A DNA stretch of 6,336 bases from Octopus sinensis (Eukaryota), in contig NW_021829194.1 in the NCBI RefSeq assembly GCF_006345805.1, positions 1 through 6,336 on the forward strand. The letters are read 5' to 3'. The notes under the pieces are model-generated. The model saw only the letters and a list, made by a program, of their open reading frames with translations. It searched no databases and had not been told where the DNA came from. Every line of letters starts with the position of its first letter. Within the stretch, counting starts at the first letter, position 1. Both the position numbers and the translations under genes were made by a program. This document shows positions 1 through 6,336 of this stretch, in pieces.

Positions 1-61
1 CTAGGGAACATGGGAAAATTTGTAGTTTTCTTACCTTTTCCTACTTTCTTTTTTTGCATAC

Positions 62-65
62 GTGT

Positions 66-104
<39 letters not shown>

Positions 105-113
105 CGTGTGTGT
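62..113. repeat. (GT)n microsatellite, interrupted
   Basis: Direct reading: gtgtgt run with a few tt/gc interruptions. Confidence 0.95.
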
Positions 114-156
114 ATGCGTATGTATACCTTTGTGTGCATGTCTCCCTCTCTTTCCC

Positions 157-215
<59 letters not shown>
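157..215. repeat. (TA)n microsatellite, interrupted
   Basis: Direct reading. Confidence 0.95.
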
Positions 216-235
216 ATAACAATTTAATAAATAAA

Positions 236-480
236 ACATATGCATACATGCATACATACATGTACATACCTACATCTATATGTATATATACATGCATATA
301 TGGGTACAGGACACCACAAAAAAAAACGTAGAGCACAACGAGAAACGAAAACAAAAAAAAACAAGGAAACGAACTTTTTCTGACAACGAAAGAACAGAGT
401 AAAAGACATACAACACAAGGAAAATCCCCCTTCTTCAGCTGCCCTGTTTCGACTTATTGCGTGCTTCGAAGGTGTCCATG
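236..480 (-). mobile_element. Short microsatellite-tailed repeat fragment, probably a Penelope-like element terminal repeat remnant
   Basis: On the - strand: CGAAAC and CTGAAGA hammerhead-core-like words (plus 432-452), a T-rich body, GTGGTGTCCTGTAC (plus 304-317), then an (ATGT)/(AT) simple-repeat tail. It shares this layout with the opposite-strand element at 494-660. Family assignment is inference. Confidence 0.45.
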
Positions 481-493
481 TAAGAACTTATTG

Positions 494-658
494 TGGACAA
501 AGCTGCGTCGCGTTCGATTTTAAAGAAAGGGAGTAGTAAAAAACAGTCGACAACTGACGAGCGAGTTAAATTGTTTTTGTATTTTGTCCTATATTTATCT
601 CTTGTGTGTTTACGCAGTTTTCACTCGTTGGTGATGTCCTGTACTTTATGTGTATTTC

Positions 659-660
<2 letters not shown>
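494..660 (+). mobile_element. Second short microsatellite-tailed repeat fragment, head-to-head with 236-480; probable Penelope-like remnant
   Basis: CTGACGA at 554-560, T-rich body, GTGATGTCCTGTAC at 631-644 (13/14 match to the motif in the - strand element), ending in (TA)n. Confidence 0.4.

Positions 661-694
<34 letters not shown>
660..694. repeat. (TA)n microsatellite
   Basis: Direct reading. Confidence 0.95.
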
Positions 695-696
<2 letters not shown>

Positions 697-900
697 TTTA
701 CTCTTTTACTTGTTTCAGTCATTTGACTGCGGCCATGCTGGAGCACCGCCTTTTTGTCGAGCAAATCAACCCCACCACTTATTCTTTGTAAGCCCAGTAC
801 TTATTCTATCGGTCTCTTTCGCCACACCGCTAAGTTACGGGGACGTAAACATCCCCAGCATCGGTTGTCAAGCGATGTTGGAGGGACAAGCACAGACACA

Positions 901-904
<4 letters not shown>

Positions 905-952
<48 letters not shown>
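905..952. repeat. (CA)24 microsatellite inside the SINE
   Basis: Direct reading. Confidence 0.95.
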
Positions 953-955
<3 letters not shown>

Positions 956-977
956 GTATAGTATATATATATTATAT

Positions 978-1183
978 ATCAACATGTAATCTCTTGAGCA
1001 CCACCAGCAAAAATATTTTTTTCCTCTGTCTTCCCTTCTCGGGATCTTTCCTTCTGCTTTGTTTCCGACGAAGAGCCCCGCTCGAAACGTTAACCCTCCT
1101 TCTTCCTGAGCGTCAAATAATACTTTAATTGTTCCACGTCCTCGCGTTGCTGTGTTTTTTTCTGTGTTTTCTTGTTTGGATTA

Positions 1184-1188
<5 letters not shown>
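978..1188 (+). mobile_element. Penelope-like element 3' terminal fragment (non-autonomous) inserted in the SINE microsatellite
   Basis: ~210 bp of non-SINE sequence flanked by TA repeats and carrying a type I hammerhead fold. It starts with ATC AAC ATG TAA (I-N-M-stop), weakly reminiscent of the G(L/I)N end of PLE GIY-YIG ORFs. PLE terminal repeats are established carriers of such hammerheads. Confidence 0.6.
1059..1120 (+). ncRNA. Type I hammerhead ribozyme motif with variant core CCGACGA
   Basis: Stem I UUGUUU(1059-1064)/AAAUAA(1115-1120); core CCGACGA 1065-1071 plus an extra A; stem II GAGC(1073-1076)/GCUC(1080-1083); GAA 1084-1086; stem III ACGUU(1087-1091)/AGCGU(1109-1113); GUC triplet with predicted cleavage after C1114. 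Confidence 0.75.

Positions 1189-1251
<63 letters not shown>
1188..1251. repeat. (TA)32 microsatellite
   Basis: Direct reading. Confidence 0.95.
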
Positions 1252-1254
<3 letters not shown>

Positions 1255-1558
1255 CGACGGGTTTTCAGTTTCCGTCAACCAAATCCACTCACAAAGCTTT
1301 GGTCGGCTGTATGAGAGGTAAATAAATTTATTTGACCACTTGCTATCTTTATGATTACAGCCGTTTCGCAATCTTCATTATGTAATAACAATTTAAGTTG
1401 ATAATAAAAGTTAAAGCATTAGTGTAACTGTGATGTTCCCTTGATCTGATGAACAAGCCTTTTTTTGTTTTTAATCTTCTTTTATTACAATTCTATTGTA
1501 CAATGCATATTGTTACTGACACGTAAAATAATTTATTCTATGCTGAAATTTTATGGTT

Positions 1559-1582
1559 TATATATATATATATATATATATA
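1559..1582. repeat. (TA)12 microsatellite
   Basis: Direct reading. Confidence 0.95.
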
Positions 1583-1751
1583 AATTGAAATAGGGGTTGT
1601 GAGTGCAACCCACCATGGGATAACATGTATCCAATGTACTGCTAGTAAAGCACCCAACAAAGTTAATACATAAATGTTAAGAATTGCGATGCAATTAATT
1701 CATTTATTGTATTATATGGGCAAAGGTAAAATGTTTTACCACAAATTAATA

Positions 1752-1902
1752 ATACAAAATAAGGAAAAGGAGAAATACATCTTAATCAATAATCAACTAC
1801 CAGATAATACTCAATTACATACTTTATTAAACCAAATTATGTGATTGGGTATTATCTGGTAGTTGATTATTGATTAAGATGTATTTCTCCATTTCCTTAT
1901 TT

Positions 1903-1907
<5 letters not shown>
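1752..1907. repeat. Near-perfect long inverted repeat (70-bp arms, 16-bp spacer)
   Basis: 1752-1821 pairs with 1838-1907 with three non-Watson-Crick positions (1768/1891 A.A, 1811/1848 T.G, 1816/1843 T.G). 1823-1825 can pair further with 1834-1836. Confidence 0.95.
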
Positions 1908-1961
<54 letters not shown>

Positions 1962-1971
1962 TATACATATA

Positions 1972-2012
<41 letters not shown>

Positions 2013-2046
2013 ATATAGATATATATATATATATATATAATATATA

Positions 2047-2089
<43 letters not shown>

Positions 2090-2123
2090 ATAGATATATA
2101 TATAATTTATATAGATATATATA

Positions 2124-2169
<46 letters not shown>

Positions 2170-2180
2170 CATATATACAT
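1905..2180. repeat. Long interrupted (TA)n array
   Basis: Direct reading; scattered G/C/AA/TT interruptions. Confidence 0.95.
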
Positions 2181-2319
2181 GCATAACCGTACATTATAAA
2201 AGTGTCAAAACGTTTCGTCGCAGTCCTGCGTCCTCGACAATGATACACATTCATTAGAAGTGTATTTGGTTTCGGTTTCGGGAAGAATTCACATACTGTC
2301 TTTCCATGAAAGCATCAGT

Positions 2320-2346
2320 AGCAGCAGCAGCAGCAGCAGCAGCGGT

Positions 2347-2381
<35 letters not shown>

Positions 2382-2394
2382 TGTAGTAGTAGTA
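2320..2394. repeat. Compound (AGC)8 + (TAG)11-TTG-(TAG)3 microsatellite
   Basis: Direct reading. Confidence 0.95.
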
Positions 2395-2631
2395 AATTTT
2401 TGAAAAGTCTAGTTATTTTAAATTTTTTCTTTTTTCTTTTTCTTTTCTCTTTTTTTTTTTTTACAAGAGTAAGATTTTACGTCAGAGAAAGTGTGAATAT
2501 TGGCAGAGAGCATCGCTTGTTTGGCAGAGATCAGTGAAGCGAGTGTATGGTGAGGTGTGGGTAGATGTTCTGCCAGACACTTTAGAAACACGAAACAACG
2601 CTCTAGTTGGAGATAATAAAACCTGTTGAAA

Positions 2632-2739
2632 GAAGAAGAAGAAGAAGAAGAAGAAGAAGAAGAAGAAGAAGAAGAAGAAGAAGAAGAAGAAGAAGAAGAA
2701 GAAGAAGAAGAAGAAGAAGAAGAAGAAGAAGAAGAAGAA
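2632..2739. repeat. Pure (GAA)36 microsatellite
   Basis: Direct reading; source of the poly-E/poly-S/poly-F/poly-L pseudo-ORFs. Confidence 0.97.
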
Positions 2740-2889
2740 GATGAGGGGAGGAAGCACAGCAGTAACAGAAGCAGCAATGGGTCAAGTTCCAGTAACGGCC
2801 GTTTGTTAAACCGTCTTTATTGGTCAGGACTGATTGACTTCAAAAATTGAATACGCAGAACGAAGAAGTTATTGGCGAATTGGCTGACC

Positions 2890-3035
2890 CACCGAGGTCA
2901 ACTTTGAATTTTGCCTTCCACTCCTGTGGGGGGTTGATAAAAAAGATAAAGCAACAGTCATATACTTAGGTGGATGTAATCGATTTGCTCCCTCTTTTCT
3001 CTTCTCCGCAAAACTGTTGGTCTTGTGCCAAAATT
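2890..3035 (+). mobile_element. Diverged SINE body/3' fragment
   Basis: ccgaggtcaacttt..gccttccactcc..ggggttgataaaa..gatgtaatcgattt..ggtcttgtgccaaaattt resembles, from memory, a common cephalopod SINE body (GAGGTCGACTTTGCCTTTCATCC..GGGGTCGATAAAA). No clear tRNA head. Confidence 0.5.
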
Positions 3036-3066
3036 TTTTTTAAAATGCTACAACCAACAACAACAA

Positions 3067-3104
3067 TGGAGGCACAGTGGCCCAGTGGTTTGGGCAGCGG
3101 ACTC
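3067..3104 (+). mobile_element. Truncated tRNA-derived SINE head
   Basis: Pol III A-box TGGCCCAGTGG (3078-3088) followed by a D-arm-like GGGCAGCGGACTC. The sequence is replaced by LINE DNA before any B-box. Confidence 0.6.
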
Positions 3105-3435
3105 ATCTAATTCAGGGTTACGAATTTGCAAGCTCCCTTGACAATAGAATGTGATTTTTTGCTGCTTTCGTGTTTGCACACAAACCGCAGCATCAAGACC
3201 CCTGTACTAGATAAGTACTTGTTCATTGCTATTGTGGAGGTGTTATAGCACAATTCTCCCTTCATCATTCCTCTTCCCCCATTACTTCTAAGCAGGTACA
3301 GACGATCAACATCTGCTTTTGGATGGTGCATGTTCTTAGATGTTAGTAGTTTTCTTGTCTTCCTGTCCAGGCGTTGGAGCTCTGTAAAATTCCAGTTAAT
3401 GATGTAAAATCTGTATTGGACTACTGGAGCGCCAG
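3105..3435 (-). mobile_element. R4/Dong/Rex6-clade LINE fragment A (RT C-terminal/thumb region)
   Basis: Open frame APVVQYRFYIINWNFTELQRLDRKTRKLLTSKNMHHPKADVDRLYLLRSNGGRGM; the LDRKTRK..HPKADVDRLY..R..GGRG motif is typical of RLE-type R4-clade elements. Confidence 0.88.
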
Positions 3436-5119
3436 GGTGTCCACAGCCAGCAGACTAAGACGATACTTGTTTACTGGTCATACTTCAAGAACCCTGCGAA
3501 GAATTCTTGCAGTTCCAAGCAATGCTGATTTTTGTAGGTGTTCTACCTTCACACTTCTATCAATGTTTTTGAGCCATGCTGGTAGTTGAGCGCTGATACT
3601 TCCAAGGACGCCAATTACTATTGGTATCACGTCTATTCTCCCCATGGACCACAACTTTCGTATTTCCCACTTCAAATCATCATAGTTGATTATTTTTTTC
3701 TCCTTCTTTCCCTTTGATCCTGTTGTCACCAGAACATGCTATGTCGATGCTTCAAGAACCCTCCGAAGAATACTTGCAGTTCCAAGCAATGCTGATTTTT
3801 GTAGGCGTTCTACCTTCACACTTGTATCAATCTGTTTGAGCCATGTTGGTAGTTGAGCGTTGATACTTCCAAGGGCGCCAATTACTATTGGTATCACGCC
3901 TACTCTCCCCATGGACCACAACCTTCATAGTACCCACTTCAAATCATCATAGTTGATCATTTTTTCTCCTTCTTTCCCTTTGATCCTGTTGTCACCAGAA
4001 CATGCTATGTCGATGCTTCAAGAATTCTGCGAAGAATTCTTGCAGCTCCAAGCAATGCTGATTTTTGTAGGTGTTCTACCTTCACATTTGTATCAATTTT
4101 TTTGAGCCATGCTGGTAGTTGAGCGCTGATACTTCCAAGGGCGCCAATTACTATTGGTATCACGACTATTCTCCCCATGGACCACAACTTTCGTATTTCC
4201 CACTTCAAATCATCATAGTTGATTATTTTTTTCTCCTTCTTTCCCTTTGATCCTGTTGTCACCAGAACATGCTATGTCGATGCTTCAAGAACCCTCCGAA
4301 GAATACTTGCAGTTCCAAGCAATGCTGATTTTTGTAGGCGTTCTACCTTCACACTTGTATCAATCTGTTTGAGCCATGTTGGTAGTTGAGCGCTGATACT
4401 TCCAAGGGCGCCAATTACTATTGGTATCACGCCTACTCTCCCCATGGACCACAACTTTCGTATTACCCACTTCAAATCATCATAGTCGATTATTTTTTCT
4501 CCTTCTTTTTCTTTGATCCTGTTGTCACCAGAACATGCTATGTCAATTCTCATGCATATTCTCTGGTTTTTATTCACCACATCAGTGTCTGTTTTCTGAT
4601 ATCTGGTCAGGTGATCACACTGAATCATTATACCTCACAAGATTTGGCAATTCTCATTCTCGGTGACTTCTTCTGGGGTTTTCTCATACCACGTTTTTGT
4701 TCTTTGTAAGCCATGATTTCCACAGAGCCCTCAATGGTTCATTCTTGCCACACTGTCATGTTGTCTTTCGTATTCGCACTATGCCAATTTCGGACATTCG
4801 CCAACGATGTGCCGTACCTTTTCGCCCCTCTCATCACACATTCTGCACTTGTCGCTGTCGGTAGTGTTGTCTTTTCTACACGTCATATAGTTCGTCCTTC
4901 ACGTTTGTTCTTGAGTTGCGCGTATAAGTGCTTCTGTCTCTATCTTCAGGTCACTCCTCCTCATCCATAGTCACCCGTCCTCTGTTTCTGTCTTGGCGTT
5001 CGTATCTCTTGCAAACTGTCCGTACATTTTTTTTCCTTCCATGCTGTCCCTTTTTTTTTTCTTTTGTGTGTGTGTGTCCTTTTCCTCTTTGAATTTTTCT
5101 TTCATTACACAGTTCTCAG
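3436..5119 (-). mobile_element. R4/Dong/Rex6-clade LINE fragment B: pre-knuckle linker, CCHC zinc knuckle, restriction-like endonuclease (3' part tandemly quadruplicated), short 3' UTR; pseudogenised
   Basis: - strand translation WKEKKMYGQFAR..(frameshift)..LWMRRSDLKIETEALIRATQEQT*RTNY..CRMCDERGEKVRHIVGEC (C-x2-C-x8-H-x4-C, 4794-4847)..EYERQHDSVARMNH*GLC..IL*GIMIQCDH..IDIACSGDNRIKEKEGEK..LWSMGRVGVIPIVIGALG..LQKSALLGTA.ILRRVLE. Four in-frame stops. The final copy ends EV* at 3478, followed by ~42 bp of UTR. Confidence 0.93.
3483..4544 (-). repeat. Four tandem ~267-bp copies of the LINE endonuclease C-terminus (A-B-A-B)
   Basis: Unit starts (cttcaagaa) at 3483, 3750, 4016 and 4283: periods 267/266/267, dimer period 533. 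Confidence 0.97.
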
Positions 5120-5482
5120 AATACTTGTTTCAAAATCCTAGTATCAAATGGACGTAATGAATAAAGCAATAAGAAAATTTGTTTTTCCTTCTTTTACTGA
5201 AATATCTTGCTTGTTACGTTCCATCTTATCCGTTTGAATGGAGAAATCCCGCAAAATCTTTCTTCCCGACGATTGTACTATGTACTTTCTGCTTCAAACA
5301 TCTATTTCTGACAAAGCTTCCTGTGTAACATTTTTACAACTTGATCATGTCTCCATTTCCTATAATCTCCTTGCGCCAACTTGGGACATTTTGCACCAAT
5401 ATGGGCTATTATTTCGTCCCAAATTCCACATCCTCTACATTTTGCCGAAACCTCTCCATACACATATTTTCTCAAGTTGTTT
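5120..5482 (-). mobile_element. R4-clade LINE fragment C, part 3: CCHC knuckle and start of endonuclease (different subfamily from B)
   Basis: TNNLRKYVYGEVSAKCRGCGIWDEIIAHIGAKCPKLAQGDYRKWRHDQVVKMLHRKLCQK* (CCHC at 5386-5439), then frameshifted ILRDFSIQTDKMERNKQDI and PFDTRI. Confidence 0.85.
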
Positions 5483-5805
5483 GGTAGGAGTGGCTATGTG
5501 GCAAGTAGCTTACTTACGAACCACATGGTTCCGGGTTCAGTCCCACTGCATGGCACCTTGGGCAAGTGTCTTCTACTATAGCCTCGGGCCGATCAAAGCC
5601 TTGTGAGTGAATTTGGTAGACGGAAACTGAAAGAAGCCCGTCGTATATATGTGTATATATATATATATATATGTATGTATGTGTGTTTATATGTTTGTTT
5701 GTCTGTGTTTATCCCCCCTCCCAACATCGCTTGACAACAGATGCTGGTGTGTTTATGTCCCTGTAACATAGCGGTTTGGCAAAAGAGACCGATAGAATAA
5801 GTACT
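5483..5805 (+). mobile_element. tRNA-derived CORE-like SINE with internal microsatellite, 3'-truncated
   Basis: A-box-like TGGCTATGTGG (5491-5501), B-box-like GGTTCAGTCCC (5534-5544), CORE-like GGCACCTTGGGCAAGTG, (TA)/(TATG) insert at ~5644-5695. The body matches the - strand copy at 695-1307. The tail after ATAAGTACT is absent. Confidence 0.88.
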
Positions 5806-5905
5806 TTCTTCAAATCTACCCCATTTCATTCTCAAAATAGCGCACTTTTCAAACCCGAATTCCATTTCCATATTATTCGAGAAAATACGAAGAGTATGCA
5901 CTCTA
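5806..5905 (-). mobile_element. R4-clade LINE fragment C, part 2: late RT subdomain
   Basis: HTLRIFSNNMEMEFGFEKCAILRMKWGRFEE matches the FS.DI.MEFG..KCA...KRG motif after the RT catalytic aspartates in R4-clade elements. Confidence 0.8.
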
Positions 5906-6336
5906 TTTCCTCAAAAAAAGCCGTCTTCTATTCGACTGAAAATTTATTCCGTTGAAAACCTTTGCATCTAGCATCATATTTTTACAATTTGGCCTTTAAC
6001 GCCACCGCCCTTTGTAACAATTCTTCATGTACAGTTTGCTTTCCTTTTTCTTCTGACTTGTACTATCAATTCAATTTTCTTATTACTACCTCACTCTTGT
6101 GTTCTTCTCTCATAATCCTTTTTAATTCCCAAGTTCTTTGCATGTCTTTTCCAATTTCATTCGTATTCTTCTCCCTTCAGTTCGGATTCTTTCTTTTCCT
6201 TCTGCTTCTTTTCTTCAACCGTCTTCTTCATGTCTCGTGTGTTATGTCAGCTCCAGCACATTTGCAGCAGCGGTTATGATTAGCTGGTTTGTTTCACTGA
6301 TATTTTCTGTTTTAACAAAACTCAAAAAGGCCGTTC
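5906..6336 (-). mobile_element. R4-clade LINE fragment C, part 1: pre-RT N-terminal region, degenerate
   Basis: Frameshifted pieces TENISETNQLIITAAANV and YKSEEKGKQTVHEELLQRAVALKAKL*KYDARCKGFQRNK/FQSNRRRLF resemble the ETN.LI.AAA and EELKQR..A...K..RY..R....QN..F..N motifs of R4-clade ORFs. Confidence 0.65.

Larger units (their letters stand above)
695..1307 (-). mobile_element. 5'-truncated tRNA-derived SINE (cephalopod type), split by an insertion in its internal microsatellite
   Basis: 1252-1307 is the reverse complement of the SINE core at ~5588-5645, and ~796-900 is the reverse complement of ~5697-5805. 695-795 supplies the 3' tail ending in a TAAAAGAG-type repeat (plus cttttactcttttac). 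The tRNA head is missing. Confidence 0.85.

Noticed and set aside
425-480. Possible type II hammerhead on the - strand (CCUUC-GAA..GUC..CUGAAGA-AGG)
   Set aside because: Position 15.1 is G and stem I cannot form between GUC and CUGAAGA. Kept only as a motif remnant.
540-575. GTC..CTGACGA on the + strand as a hammerhead
   Set aside because: No GAAA after a stem II, and no viable stems I or III.
1446-1475. CTGATGA followed by an ACAA/TTGT hairpin
   Set aside because: No downstream GAAA or cleavage triplet with matching helices; likely chance.
1594-1740. Small inverted repeats GGGTTG/CAACCC (1594-1611) and GGTAAAA/TTTTACC (1725-1740)
   Set aside because: Too short to distinguish from chance.
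10-2254. ORFs rich in YI, CV or HT dipeptides
   Set aside because: These are translations of (TA)n, (GT)n and (CA)n microsatellites, with no coding signal.
2410-2630. Polypyrimidine tract plus a possible exon, with duplicated TTGGCAGAGA and a weak hairpin
   Set aside because: No convincing splice-site pair or recognisable peptide; the repeats are short.
2418-2850. Poly-E, poly-S, poly-F and poly-L ORFs
   Set aside because: All derive from the (GAA)36 tract, and the flanking residues match no family I recognise.
3483-4544. Tandem units as a CRISPR array or a functional repeat-domain protein
   Set aside because: There are no unique spacers. Each junction shifts frame and introduces a TAG, and the units start after the first catalytic PD position of the endonuclease, so no continuous ORF exists.
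5483-5560. tRNA gene
   Set aside because: A/B boxes are present but there is no full cloverleaf, and the sequence continues into the SINE core. The same applies to 3067-3104.
3374-6279. Plus-strand ORFs at 3374, 4386, 4713, 5238, 5381 and 5962
   Set aside because: Antisense shadows of the - strand LINE and SINE sequence.

Overview
Repeat-dense, non-genic eukaryotic DNA. The SINE families resemble those I recall from Octopus/cephalopod genomes; this is recognition, not a database result. No intact host gene is supportable, and most listed ORFs are microsatellite artefacts. Left half (1-3100): many microsatellites, tRNA-derived SINE pieces and short microsatellite-tailed elements that look Penelope-like. 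One of these carries a complete type I hammerhead ribozyme fold with a variant core (1059-1120, +). Two further degenerate hammerhead-like motifs lie on the - strand, and there is a near-perfect 70-bp-arm palindrome (1752-1907). Right half (3105-6336): three stacked, co-oriented (- strand) decayed R4/Dong/Rex6-clade non-LTR retrotransposon copies (RT, CCHC knuckle, restriction-like endonuclease). The endonuclease-coding 3' end of the middle copy is amplified into four ~267-bp tandem units arranged A-B-A-B (533-bp higher-order period).
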